Notes: a model not told the origin generated them from the sequence alone. A stretch of DNA of 63,009 bases from Vulcanimicrobiales bacterium (GCA_038215615.1 JBBQQR010000012.1:1-63009), one strand, 5' to 3'; shown: positions 38,725 to 48,088, counted from the stretch's first letter. Translations and numbers: made by a program.

Positions 38725-38945
38725 GATGTAACCGGCGGGTGAATGAGTGAAAACATTTGTGCAAAGACCCAATCGCAGCCGTATGTGTACAAGCCGACGG
38801 TGACGACGAGCACGACGGTCAGAACAGTCGCGGAGATCCACTCTTCGCGTGTCGGCCAAGTGACGCGGCGAAGCTCGAGCCAAACTCCGCGAACGAATTC
38901 GCGTGGATTTGGCCGGTTAGATGTCGTCGTTTGTACTTTACTCAT
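38721..38945 (-). CDS. secE: Preprotein translocase SecE
   Basis: ELRRVTWPTREE plus one TM helix. Confidence 0.95.
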   Translation of the reverse strand: MSKVQTTTSNRPNPREFVRGVWLELRRVTWPTREEWISATVLTVVLVVTVGLYTYGCDWVFAQMFSLIHPPVTS

Positions 38946-38965
38946 GATAAATAATCTTTAGAAAT

Positions 38966-39041
38966 TGGCAGGGCGGACAGGACTCGAACCTGCAACCGAC
39001 GGTTTTGGAGACCGCAACTCTACCAATTGAGCTACCGCCCT
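38966..39041 (-). tRNA. tRNA-Trp(CCA)
   Basis: Cloverleaf, anticodon loop CTCCAAA, encoded 3' CCA. Confidence 0.96.
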
Positions 39042-39045
39042 CCGC

Positions 39046-39210
39046 CTATTTGGTCTCCTTGTGCGGCTTATGGCAGCGGCAAAAGCGGCAGTACTTGCTC
39101 AATTCGAGCCGTTCCGTCGTTTTTTGTTTGTTCTTTTGCGTGTTATAGTTCCGGCGTTTGCACTCCGTGCACGCCATCACGACCATCACGCGATTTTCTT
39201 TTTTCGCCAC
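39046..39210 (-). CDS. rpmG: 50S ribosomal protein L33 (zinc-binding form)
   Basis: Manual translation [54 protein letters not shown]. Confidence 0.96.
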   Translation of the reverse strand: MAKKENRVMVVMACTECKRRNYNTQKNKQKTTERLELSKYCRFCRCHKPHKETK

Positions 39211-39276
39211 TTGTACAAGCCTCTGGACCGACGAGCCACATTAAATAAACGGACCCGCAAGTCCGTTGTGGGGCTG

Positions 39277-39306
39277 ATTATAGCACCGGGGGAGGGGGTC
39301 CGGCAA
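39277..39306 (-). promoter_or_regulatory. rpmG operon promoter
   Basis: TTGCCG-18 nt-TATAAT with extended -10 (TGcTATAAT). Confidence 0.7.
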
Positions 39307-39322
39307 GCAAGCGATGAGGTCG

Positions 39323-39396
39323 TGCGCCCGGACGGAATTGAACCGCCAACCTCGGCCTTAGGAGTGCCTTGCTCTATCCAATTGAGCTACGGGCGC
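39323..39396 (-). tRNA. tRNA-Arg(CCT), weak anticodon stem, CCA not encoded
   Basis: Acceptor GCGCCCG/CGGGCGC, D and T arms intact, loop CTCCTAA. Confidence 0.85.
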
Positions 39397-39482
39397 GCGC
39401 CTACGGCTCCTTACCCCCGCCTTCGGGCCTGCCCTGGGTCTCTTGGCGAGGGCTTCGATCGCGGGCGCCAAAAGAGCGGCAC

Positions 39483-39941
39483 GTGCAGGCGGTAGACTAT
39501 GCGTTGCTGGAGCGCCAAGTCAGCGCTCTCCTCGAAGAAGAGCGCGATTTTATTGCCAATGCGGCGAATTTCGCGGCATTCTTTTACACCGAGGTCCCGG
39601 CGATCAACTGGGCCGGTTTTTACTTGCCGGCGCCCAACGGCTTAGTGCTCGGTCCTTTCGGTGGAAAACCGGCCAGCTCGCGCCTGCCCGCGGGCCACGG
39701 TATCTGCAACCGAGCGTTCGATGAGAAGCTGACGATCGTTGTGGACGACGTCAGCCAAGAAGCGGATCATATCTATTGCGACTCGGCATCGAAATCAGAG
39801 ATGGTCGTACCGCTGCTCGTGGGCGGCGAGGCGCGCGGCGTTTTCGATATCGACAGCCCGGAGCTGGCGCGTTTCCGCGCGGAAGATCAAGCCGGTATCG
39901 AGGGGCTCGTTGCCGCTTTCTTGGAAGCGACGTCGATATAA
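39483..39941 (+). CDS. GAF-domain protein, free methionine-R-sulfoxide reductase (fRMsr/MsrC-like)
   Basis: NWAGFY, LGPFGG, GICNRA, HIYCDSASKSEMVVP, DIDSP. Confidence 0.85.
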   Translation: MQAVDYALLERQVSALLEEERDFIANAANFAAFFYTEVPAINWAGFYLPAPNGLVLGPFGGKPASSRLPAGHGICNRAFDEKLTIVVDDVSQEADHIYCDSASKSEMVVPLLVGGEARGVFDIDSPELARFRAEDQAGIEGLVAAFLEATSI

Positions 39942-41329
39942 GCTAAGAGCTCTTTCCCGAAGTCTCCGATGACTGTGAGCGCGGAGAGATCGATCGGCGT
40001 GAGCGGAAGCTGCAGGACGAGGGCATCGCGCCCTTCGAGCGCCCACGGAGCCGCCCCCGAGAAAAACAGCCCGCAAGATTCCGCAACGGTAGAGAGACCC
40101 GGCGTGGCCGGATCTTCGAGCGGCAGCCGTACGTAAATGGCGCCCAAGTGCGCGAGAGATCGCAGGTCTTCGATGTTCTGCCGAAGCGAGGTGGCACTAT
40201 CGGTGCCGACTCGCGTGACGTCGATCGTCGCGACGGCATCGGAGCGATTCATCGTTGTTCGCATCGCGCCGTTTCCCGAAGCCGGTTCGGGTCCGGCGAA
40301 CTCGGCGAGGATGCCGAGATTTTGGTAGATCTTCGCCAAGATGTGCGCGTGGGGTTGCGGCGCATAGAGGACGCGCGGCGCCGGTGTCTTCAGTATCTTA
40401 TAATACAACATCGTGCTTTGCCGCTGTGAGGTAGCGGAAAGCTCCATGTGCTTGGCCAGAAAGCTGCGCGGGGCGCAGGCCAGCGTAATCGCAGTCGCTT
40501 TCGCGCCGAAACTTTCGCTCGCGTGCTGGGTGCGCCCGTGATCGGTAACGGGTTCGGAGAAATACGCCTCCAGGCCGGCGCGCTGAGCTTCTTTCTCCAT
40601 CCCTTCGCGAAGTTTATTGAGCAGATCGCGTCCGCGGTGTGCGGGCAGAACGATCGCTCCGCAGCCGTCGCCGATCGGTTGATCGAGTTCACGCGACAGC
40701 GCGTAGTGGCCGGCGATCTCGCCGTCTTGGCCGACCGCGACGGTTGAAATGTACCGGCCGGAAGCGTTCAGCGCCGCCAACCTCCGCGGCTCGTAGACTG
40801 CCGGGAAATCGTAATGGTAGCCATACGTTAAATAGAAAGCGCGCGCGACCGCCCGCGCGTCAGCCGGTTCGAAACGGCGGATGCTGTATTCTTGCGGTGG
40901 CGCGAGTGGGACATCGTCACTTGCGGGCGGCGCTTCTTCGCGCTGGGCGGACGGCGCGTGGTTCATGACAAGCTCGAGTTCGCTTCCGGACGCTCCGTGC
41001 ACGTGCCAGTGCATCGCATCGACCTTCGCGGCGATCTGCGTCCAGGCCGGATCGCGCCGCGCTCCCGCGCTGTCCAGCGGTAAACCGCGTTCGCGGATAC
41101 GCACCCGCAGCTGATCGGGCATCGTTTGCAAGATCACGCGGACCGGTTCGCTCGATTCGACCATGGCCTGCTCGACAATCGCTAGGAATCCGCCGGCGGC
41201 GGCGGTCGTGAGATCGTCGTGGCGCGCGGGATCGAGTTCTGCGCGTTCGCATGCGTCGGCTACGGCCGCCCGCACCAACGGCGCAAACGCGGCATCCGGC
41301 GGAACGGCGAGCTCAACTCTAAATTGCAT
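39887..41329 (-). CDS. Anti-sigma-like ATP-binding domain fused to GNAT-like acetyltransferase
   Basis: RsbW-like N-terminus (RIRERGLP); YSIRRFEPAD and IVLPAHRGRDL GNAT motif. Confidence 0.65.
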   Translation of the reverse strand: MQFRVELAVPPDAAFAPLVRAAVADACERAELDPARHDDLTTAAAGGFLAIVEQAMVESSEPVRVILQTMPDQLRVRIRERGLPLDSAGARRDPAWTQIAAKVDAMHWHVHGASGSELELVMNHAPSAQREEAPPASDDVPLAPPQEYSIRRFEPADARAVARAFYLTYGYHYDFPAVYEPRRLAALNASGRYISTVAVGQDGEIAGHYALSRELDQPIGDGCGAIVLPAHRGRDLLNKLREGMEKEAQRAGLEAYFSEPVTDHGRTQHASESFGAKATAITLACAPRSFLAKHMELSATSQRQSTMLYYKILKTPAPRVLYAPQPHAHILAKIYQNLGILAEFAGPEPASGNGAMRTTMNRSDAVATIDVTRVGTDSATSLRQNIEDLRSLAHLGAIYVRLPLEDPATPGLSTVAESCGLFFSGAAPWALEGRDALVLQLPLTPIDLSALTVIGDFGKELLAYIDVASKKAATSPSIPA

Positions 41330-41353
41330 GCGTGGCCTTTCAGCCGAGGAAAA

Positions 41354-41428
41354 TGGAGCCGTCGGTGAGGATTGAACTCACGCTCTTTGCATTACCAATG
41401 CAATGCTTTACCACTAAGCTACGACGGC
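41354..41428 (-). tRNA. tRNA-Thr(GGT)
   Basis: Cloverleaf, TTGCA-TTGGTAA-TGCAA anticodon arm, 3' CCA. Confidence 0.95.
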
Positions 41429-41469
41429 ATTTCCACTGCACCGGGCCGATACTCCGCAGCCGCTGCCCC

Positions 41470-41850
41470 TCCCTACCTGGCTCCAAGAGATATCGCTCCG
41501 CCCAGCGGACTTTCTTTTCTTGACGGTTTTTCGGCGGCGCGATTCTCAGCCAGCCTGAGTAAGCCGCAATGTCGGCCAGTGGTACTAGATATGTACGCTC
41601 AACGTCGGGCAGTAGACTGCACATAAGTCGATTTCACCGGCTGCATGCTATAGCAAGCGAATAGGATTGCGCCTTTACGCAAACGGCCCGTCTTCACCTG
41701 AACCCTGTAAAGCGCATTATCTTTCCCGGCAATCAAATCGTAACGATGGTTTTCGCCGAACGGAATTGACACGAAATATCCGGCGCGCATGAGCGCGCCG
41801 AGAACCATGATTTCCGAGAGATCACCTATACGCTTCGTGTTTCGCCTGGT
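41470..41850 (-). pseudogene. Frameshifted PD-(D/E)XK endonuclease (group I intron-associated, PDDEXK_5-like)
   Basis: Three frames join: RNTKRIGDLSE..SIPFGENHRYDLIA..RVQVKTGR / AGEIDLCAVYCP / DVERTYLVP..LRIAPPKNRQEKKVRWAERY; no start codon before the conserved N-terminus. Confidence 0.75.
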
Positions 41851-41962
41851 ACGTGACTCGCATCGGTAAGCGGCTCTTTGCGCTCTTTCGGAAATGCGAA
41901 TGCATGAAACACTTTATGCCCGCAGAGAGATTTCTGCGGCATTGCCAAGTTATGGCGAAACT

Positions 41963-42036
41963 TGGAGCGGGCGGCGGGAATCGAACCCGCGCTGTTTGCT
42001 TGGAAGGCAAAAGCACTACCACTATGCAACGCCCGC
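41963..42036 (-). tRNA. tRNA-Gly(TCC)
   Basis: TTTGC-CTTCCAA-GCAAA anticodon arm, 3' CCA. Confidence 0.95.
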
Positions 42037-42042
42037 GAAATC

Positions 42043-42130
42043 TGGTGGGCAGGGCTGGATTCGAACCAGCGTACAGCGTTAGCTGGACAGATTTACAGTC
42101 TGTTGCCTTTAACCACTCGGCCACCTACCC
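42043..42130 (-). tRNA. tRNA-Tyr(GTA)
   Basis: ACAGA-CTGTAAA-TCTGT anticodon arm, long variable arm, 3' CCA. Confidence 0.95.
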
Positions 42131-42295
42131 ATATACAGGCGCACCAGGGTACGTCGCGCCCGGCCGCGAGTCCTGTGAGCGCTATTGTATCATTCTAATC
42201 CGATTTACCGCCTTCGCTAAAGTCCGCCTAATGAAGATGGGAACTTCCTGAGTTATAACTGAAGCAAGCACTCCGCTACTCATGGAGCTTCCGCA

Positions 42296-43462
42296 ATGAA
42301 AACCAGACATCTCCTCATCCTCGCGGCGTTTCTTACCTCGACGCTGACCGCATGCGGCGGCGGCGCATCGGGCTCCGGTTCGGTGACCCCGTCCGGCGGC
42401 GCCGCCAGCCAGTCCTCGCAGACCCAGACCGAGGACGCAATCTCCTCGACCGAGGCCGTAGGAACGCCCACGCAAGACTTCGCGAATTTCAACGACTCGA
42501 CGAACTCACCGCTGCAGTCAATCGCAATCCAGCCGCAGAGCGCGGTGACGCCGGCTGTGAACGGCACGTGCAGCAACGGTGTGAAGTTCTTCGCACCGGA
42601 CAAGAACGGCGATCCAAATTCGACCGAAACGCAGTTTTTCTACGACAACGCTTGCGCCGGACTCGCACGCGATGTCGTACGCATCTGGACGTCGACCGGA
42701 GCGAATTCGGAAAACGTCGCGCGGACGACCAAGATGTACGCGCTCAATTCTTCGACCCCTTATGCGACCGGAGTCGAAGCCGTCAGCTTCGTCAATGCGA
42801 CCTTCGATCAGTACGGCTATCCGATTCTCAAGAACGGCTTCGCCCGCTCACAAACCGGCGAACTCGACCTTGCAACGCTCAAGACCATCGATCAAGACAG
42901 TGAATTCGTGCTCGCTCCGGCTTCGGGAAATACGACCACCTTCTGCTCGGACGAAGCCGGCTACAACGAGACCGGCTACGCCTCGCTCGGCACCACATTC
43001 GGCTGGTCGGGTTTGCTGCCCAACGGGACACGCACCGTGAACGGCGATGGTTCGGTCACCTGGCAATCTACCCACACGGGCGCAACGTTCTCCGGCGCGA
43101 TTGGCTCGCTTTCCATCCACAGCGCCAACCGCAACACGGCGTGTCCGATCACAACGCCGATGTTCGCCATCGCCGGCGGCACACTCAAAGGCTCGTTCAG
43201 TATCCCGATCAGTGCCACGTATTTGCGCGGCGTTCTCACTAATCTCACGATTACGAACGCGACGCTGCTCAACGGCAACACGCTTAACGTCACAACGAAC
43301 GTCAGCCTCCAGCCGCCCGACCCGCATTTCATCTCCGGGACACTGACCAAGAACGGCGCCACCATTGCGACCTTCAACGTCAACGCATTCGGCGACGGCG
43401 TGCTGACTGTAACGGCAAGCGGTAAACAGTACATCATTAACGACTGGCACGTCGTCAAATAG
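42296..43462 (+). CDS. Hypothetical Thr/Ser/Asn-rich lipoprotein
   Basis: Lipobox LTAC, GGAG RBS, beta-rich composition. Confidence 0.8.
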   Translation: MKTRHLLILAAFLTSTLTACGGGASGSGSVTPSGGAASQSSQTQTEDAISSTEAVGTPTQDFANFNDSTNSPLQSIAIQPQSAVTPAVNGTCSNGVKFFAPDKNGDPNSTETQFFYDNACAGLARDVVRIWTSTGANSENVARTTKMYALNSSTPYATGVEAVSFVNATFDQYGYPILKNGFARSQTGELDLATLKTIDQDSEFVLAPASGNTTTFCSDEAGYNETGYASLGTTFGWSGLLPNGTRTVNGDGSVTWQSTHTGATFSGAIGSLSIHSANRNTACPITTPMFAIAGGTLKGSFSIPISATYLRGVLTNLTITNATLLNGNTLNVTTNVSLQPPDPHFISGTLTKNGATIATFNVNAFGDGVLTVTASGKQYIINDWHVVK

Positions 43463-43485
43463 TCGGGACGTCTCCTCCCGAGACA

Positions 43486-43518
43486 AGAAGGCCCGCTCCG
43501 TGCGGGTCTTCTCTTTTT
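43486..43518 (+). terminator. Intrinsic terminator after the lipoprotein gene
   Basis: AGAAGGCCCGC-TCCGT-GCGGGTCTTCT-CTTTTT. Confidence 0.8.
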
Positions 43519-43524
43519 ATGTAG

Positions 43525-43731
43525 CCGCGACACGAGGTGACGGGTCGCGTTCCGGTCGAGGTCGAGCATATCGATGGCAATTGGCAAAACAATCTTTTCT
43601 CAAATCTGACGATTCTTTGCCCAAACTGTCACTCGCTGACGAGAACATTTCGCGGGTTGAACCGAGGAAAAGGGCGACCATACCGACTGGGGGTCGCGCT
43701 AATCCTCACGGAACAGGGCAGCGCTCTATAG
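43525..43731 (+). pseudogene. N-terminally truncated HNH endonuclease
   Basis: RHEVTGRVPVEVEHIDGNWQNNLFSNLTILCPNCHSLT: HNH core with CxxCH, upstream part missing. Confidence 0.78.
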
Positions 43732-43807
43732 AGCAGAAGTCGAGGGTGGCGCGACTGCCGGTTGTAGTGGACCCGCAAGGACGGCACTGGCAGTTACCGT
43801 TGCTCTT

Positions 43808-43881
43808 GCCGACGTAGCTCAGATTGGTAGAGTCTCCGATTTGTAATCGGAACGTCGTGGGTTCGAGTCCCACCGTCGGCT
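43808..43881 (+). tRNA. tRNA-Thr(TGT), CCA not encoded
   Basis: GCCGACG/CGTCGGC acceptor, TCCGA-TTTGTAA-TCGGA anticodon arm. Confidence 0.95.
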
Positions 43882-43891
43882 AAAATACTTT

Positions 43892-44224
43892 ATGCAGCCA
43901 ATAAAACCGAAGTGGTCTGATTCCGGACTCGTGCTCGTTTGCGAACGGTGCGCGAAAGAGCGTATTCCCGAGGAAGACCCGGACAAAGCCGTGGAGATCG
44001 GTGACTTCCACCTCCGTGACTGGCTCAAGGACCGACTCAAAGCCGACGGCTTGTGGGGAAAGATCCGAGCAGTCAGTACGAGCTGCATGGACGTCTGCGC
44101 GCGCCGCCATGTAACAGTAGTGATCGATCCCAAGACCGCAGGCAAAGAAGCGCAAGCCTTCATCGTCGATCCACTTGCGGACCGAGAGGCGCTCTATGCG
44201 GAAATCGTGAAGCGCCTGGGATGA
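43892..44224 (+). CDS. Thioredoxin-like (2Fe-2S) ferredoxin domain protein
   Basis: VLVCERC and TSCMDVC motifs. Confidence 0.65.
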   Translation: MQPIKPKWSDSGLVLVCERCAKERIPEEDPDKAVEIGDFHLRDWLKDRLKADGLWGKIRAVSTSCMDVCARRHVTVVIDPKTAGKEAQAFIVDPLADREALYAEIVKRLG

Positions 44225-44583
44225 ACGAACAGAAAATTCCGCTGCGCGGACTCGACGTCGTCTTCTATACCGTCAAAGACATGAAGCGGGCGCGCGCCTT
44301 TTACGAAGGCCTCTTCGATTGGAAGACCGGAATGGAATCCGACTATTGGGTGGAGTACGGCTTGCCCGACGGCGCGACGTTTGCCTTAGCGCAAGATCCC
44401 TCCGCGGGTTGGAAGGAAGGCCACGGTATCATGTTCGGCGTCAACGACATGACCGAAGCCTCAGAACGGGCGAAGCAACTCGGCGGTACGATCACCGATC
44501 GCAAGTTCGAAGGCGAGTCATGCGGCGCTACGGAGTGCATCGACACGGAAGGCAACTACATCTACCTGCATCAGCGCAAGTAG
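44221..44583 (+). CDS. VOC/glyoxalase family protein
   Basis: VKDMKRARAFYEGLF, IDTEGN; ATGA overlap with the previous gene. Confidence 0.85.
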   Translation: MNEQKIPLRGLDVVFYTVKDMKRARAFYEGLFDWKTGMESDYWVEYGLPDGATFALAQDPSAGWKEGHGIMFGVNDMTEASERAKQLGGTITDRKFEGESCGATECIDTEGNYIYLHQRK

Positions 44584-44595
44584 CCGCTGCAAAAG

Positions 44596-45243
44596 TTACG
44601 GCAGTTCGATCTCCGAGAGGTTCTTCTCAATCTTGCGCTTGACGCGCTGCAAGGCGTTGTCGATCGACTTGACGTGCCGGCCGAGGTCGCGGGCCATCTC
44701 CTGATAGCTCTTGCCCTCGAGATACGACAGCAGTACCTGCGATTCGAGCTCCGAAAGGTTTTCCTGGATCCGCTCCTTGATGTCTTGCGACACTTCTTGG
44801 TTGATCACCAGCTCTTCGGGATCCGACATCTTGTTCGACGCCATCACGTCGAGCAGCGTGCGTTCGCTGTCTTCATCGTAAATCGGCTTGTTCAGCGAGA
44901 TGTACTGATTGAGCGGGATATGCTTCTGACGCGTTGCCGTCTTAATCGCGGTGATGATTTGCCGCGTAATACAAAGTTCGGCGAACGCGCGGAAGCTCGA
45001 CAACTTGTCGGCTTTGAAGTCGCGGACGGCTTTATACAAGCCAATCATTCCTTCTTGAATGATGTCTTCGCGGTCGGCGCCGATCAAGAAATAGCTTTTC
45101 GCTTTTATGCGGACGAAATTCTTATACTTGTTGAGGAGGAATTCCATCGCGAGGTTGTCGCCCGATTTAGCTGTTGCGACCAAGTCCTCGTCTACCCGCT
45201 CGTGATAGTCCAACGGCTCCGAGACGGGTTGGGTCATCGCCAT
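44596..45243 (-). CDS. sigH: RNA polymerase sigma factor SigH
   Basis: YFLIGADREDIIQEGMIGLYKA, RQKHIPLN, KSIDNALQRVKRK; Bacillus-like synteny. Confidence 0.93.
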   Translation of the reverse strand: MAMTQPVSEPLDYHERVDEDLVATAKSGDNLAMEFLLNKYKNFVRIKAKSYFLIGADREDIIQEGMIGLYKAVRDFKADKLSSFRAFAELCITRQIITAIKTATRQKHIPLNQYISLNKPIYDEDSERTLLDVMASNKMSDPEELVINQEVSQDIKERIQENLSELESQVLLSYLEGKSYQEMARDLGRHVKSIDNALQRVKRKIEKNLSEIELP

Positions 45244-45318
45244 AAGTGCCTCTACCCTTTTGAACCGATGTGGGCAAATCGCGGGCCGGAGCCCGTCGAG
45301 CGCCACACATCTCGCCCA

Positions 45319-45348
45319 AGTATAAAAGGGTACTCCTTGCGCCGTCAA
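45319..45348 (-). promoter_or_regulatory. sigH promoter
   Basis: TTGACG-18 nt-TATACT. Confidence 0.7.
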
Positions 45349-45361
45349 GGACTTCGACCGT

Positions 45362-46111
45362 TCAGACCCCTCTTCGCTGCCTGACTGCCTCGTAGAGCAG
45401 TACGGCCGCGGCAACCGAAGCATTCAGGGAAGCGACCTTCCCGAGCATCGGAATCCGAACCCGGAAGTCGCACTCCTTGCGGGCCACCTGCGAGAGGCCC
45501 TGGCCCTCGGCTCCGATGACCAGCGCCAGATCGCCGCCCAGATTTGCCTTATCGTACTCGACGCTGGAGTCACCCATATCGGCTCCCGCAATCCAGATTC
45601 CGGCCTTCTTCATCTTGCGCAGCGTCTCGGCGACATTGCTGACGCGCGCGATCGGCAAGTGCGCGGAAGCGCCGGCGGAGGCTTTTCGAACCGTGGCGTT
45701 CACGCCGGCCGAACGCCGTTCCGGTAAAACGAGCGCGTCGGCGCCCGCGGACTCGGCCGTGCGGATGATCGCCCCCGCGTTGTGTGGATCGGTAATGTGA
45801 TCGAGCACAACATACAGCGCCGGGCTGTTGCGTTTCGCAAGCACGCCCTCCAGTGTTTCATAGGGAAACGGCTCGCCGACCGCCACCACGCCTTGATGCG
45901 CTTTGTACGGAAATTGCGTGAAGAAGCGCCGATCTTCAAAACGGATCTGCGTGCCGCGCTCGGCAGCGAGATCCAGCAGCTTACGTATGGCCGGATCGCG
46001 CCGGCGTTCGCCCGACACGTGAATGCGTCGAAGATTTTCGCCTGCGGCAAGCGCTTCTTCGATCGCGTGCACGCCGTAGACGGCGTCGTCGAGATCTACG
46101 CGGGCTGCCAC
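45362..46111 (-). CDS. rlmB: 23S rRNA Gm2251 methyltransferase
   Basis: HQGVVA, DPHNAGAIIRTA, GAEGQG, SLNASVA. Confidence 0.93.
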   Translation of the reverse strand: MAARVDLDDAVYGVHAIEEALAAGENLRRIHVSGERRRDPAIRKLLDLAAERGTQIRFEDRRFFTQFPYKAHQGVVAVGEPFPYETLEGVLAKRNSPALYVVLDHITDPHNAGAIIRTAESAGADALVLPERRSAGVNATVRKASAGASAHLPIARVSNVAETLRKMKKAGIWIAGADMGDSSVEYDKANLGGDLALVIGAEGQGLSQVARKECDFRVRIPMLGKVASLNASVAAAVLLYEAVRQRRGV

Positions 46112-47508
46112 GTAGTGTCCCCGCCTTGCTCGTCGCGCAGTTCGACGCCGCAGCGCAGCAGCACGTCGCGCAGACGATCCGATTCCTTCCAGTTTTTCTC
46201 GGCACGGGCGCGCGTCCGTAGGCGAATAACTTGCGCGATCGCACTCTCGGGCGTCTCTCGGCTGAGCGCGATTTCCGATCCCAGTTCGTCATGCAGGCAA
46301 TCCAAAAAGCCCGCCCGCAGCTGACGCGGGGCGTCGGCTAGCCACGAATCGTCCGGCTTGATCCCTAGCATCGCCAGCGCATAGCTGAGCTCGGCGCCGT
46401 TTGCGGCTTTCGGATTGGCGATGTACCCAAAGACTTCCGAAAGCGCTTGCGACGTGTTGAAATCTTCATCGAGCGCGGCCTCGATCTCTGGCATCAAACT
46501 TCCGTCGCGTCCTTCCCCCCGCTCGAGTTCGCGCCAGCATTCTTTGATGCGAGTCAAAGCCGTAGTCGCCGCCGTCATGGACTCGTCGGTGAAATTCATC
46601 ACCTTGCTGTATCCGGTTTGCAAGAATGCCAGCCGCACCGCCTGGGGATCGAAGCGTTCCAGCAAATCGGCCAGCGGTTCGAAGTTTCCGAGCGACTTGC
46701 TCATCTTGCGGCTTTCGAATTGCACCAGTCCGCCGTGCAGCCAATAGTTCGCCATCGGCGGATGCTTCATCAACGGTTCGCTTTGGGCGATCTCGTTTTC
46801 GTGATGCGGAAAAATCAGGTCCGCGCCGCCGCCGTGGATATCGAAGCCCTCGCCATCGGGATCGAGCAGGGCGCGGGACATCGCCGAGCACTCGATGTGC
46901 CAGCCGGGCCGCCCGTCTCCCCAGGGCGACGGCCACGTCGGTTCGCCCGGCTTGGCAAATTTCCACAGCGCAAAATCGAGCGGATCGTCTTTGAACTCGT
47001 CCACCTCGACGCGCGCGCCCGCTTCTAAATCCGTGACGTTGCGCCCGCTGAGCGCTCCGTAGCCCGAAAACTTTGCAACCCGGTAGTAGACGCCGCCGTT
47101 GGAAACGTAGGCATAACCCTTGTCGACGAGTTCGCCGATCATCTCCACAATCTGCGGAACGAAGCGCGTGGCGTAGGGCTCTTCGTCCGGCTGACGTACG
47201 CCCAATTTGCGCATCGACTCTTTGAACGACGCGTAATAGCTGCCGACGATATCGTACCAGTGCTCGCCCGTCTCTTTCGCGCGTTCGATACTGCGATCGT
47301 CGATGTCGGTGACGTTCTGCACGAACGTTACATCGTATCGCAGATGCTCGAGATAGCGGCGGAGCACGTCGAAAAACAGAAACGATCGCGCGTGACCGGC
47401 ATGCGCCGCAGCCGAAGGCGTCAGCCCGCAGACGTAGATACGCACGTGCGGCGGCCGCAGCGGCTTGAACTCCTGGAGACTCCGCGTACGCGTGTTGTAC
47501 AGCTTCAC
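46096..47508 (-). CDS. cysS: Cysteine--tRNA ligase
   Basis: YVCGLT, HAGH, GRPGWHIECS, KMSKS. Confidence 0.97.
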   Translation of the reverse strand: MKLYNTRTRSLQEFKPLRPPHVRIYVCGLTPSAAAHAGHARSFLFFDVLRRYLEHLRYDVTFVQNVTDIDDRSIERAKETGEHWYDIVGSYYASFKESMRKLGVRQPDEEPYATRFVPQIVEMIGELVDKGYAYVSNGGVYYRVAKFSGYGALSGRNVTDLEAGARVEVDEFKDDPLDFALWKFAKPGEPTWPSPWGDGRPGWHIECSAMSRALLDPDGEGFDIHGGGADLIFPHHENEIAQSEPLMKHPPMANYWLHGGLVQFESRKMSKSLGNFEPLADLLERFDPQAVRLAFLQTGYSKVMNFTDESMTAATTALTRIKECWRELERGEGRDGSLMPEIEAALDEDFNTSQALSEVFGYIANPKAANGAELSYALAMLGIKPDDSWLADAPRQLRAGFLDCLHDELGSEIALSRETPESAIAQVIRLRTRARAEKNWKESDRLRDVLLRCGVELRDEQGGDTTWQPA

Positions 47509-47509
47509 G

Positions 47510-48088
47510 CTAAATCACCCAGGTCCAATTGGCTTCTTCTTCGGCGGGCGCGCTAACCGGAACGCCGTCCTTCATGACAATGCGCGCGGGGACGCCGACT
47601 GCAGTCGCGTTGGGCGGCACGTCTCGCACCACGACCGAACCGCCGCCGATCTTCGCATTATCGCCGACGGTAATCGCTCCCAGCACGGCGGCTCCCACGC
47701 CGATCGTCACATTGTTTCCCAAGGTCGGGTGACGTTTGCCGTGCGCCAGGCTCGTCCCGCCAAGCGTTACGCCCTGGTAGATCGTGCAGTTCTCGCCGAC
47801 CTCGGCGGTTTCACCGATGACGACGCCCATTCCATGATCGATGAAAAAGCCGCGGCCGATGTGCGCGTTGGGGTGAATCTCAATTCCGGTGAAAAAGCGG
47901 TTCACATTGGAGAGCCACCGCGGCAGCAGCGGGATGCCGCTGCGATGCAGCGCGTGGATGAAACGGTGCGCCGCCACTGCATGGAATCCGGGATAGGAAA
48001 GCACGACATCAAGCATTCCGCGCGCAGCGGGATCGCGCTCCAGAGCAGCTCGCAGATCCGATCCGATCGCGGAAAACACGTCATCCAT
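47510..48088 (-). CDS. cysE: Serine O-acetyltransferase
   Basis: [27 protein letters not shown]. Confidence 0.95.
   Translation of the reverse strand: MDDVFSAIGSDLRAALERDPAARGMLDVVLSYPGFHAVAAHRFIHALHRSGIPLLPRWLSNVNRFFTGIEIHPNAHIGRGFFIDHGMGVVIGETAEVGENCTIYQGVTLGGTSLAHGKRHPTLGNNVTIGVGAAVLGAITVGDNAKIGGGSVVVRDVPPNATAVGVPARIVMKDGVPVSAPAEEEANWTWVI

Noticed and set aside
41822..42251. ORFs overlapping tRNA-Gly and tRNA-Tyr
   Set aside because: Spurious translations of tRNA genes.
41354..44590. Possible prophage or integrative element at the tRNAs
   Set aside because: No integrase, phage genes or duplicated tRNA 3' end was seen.
44596..45243. SigH as evidence of sporulation
   Set aside because: SigH orthologues occur in non-sporulating bacteria, and no spo genes are in the window.
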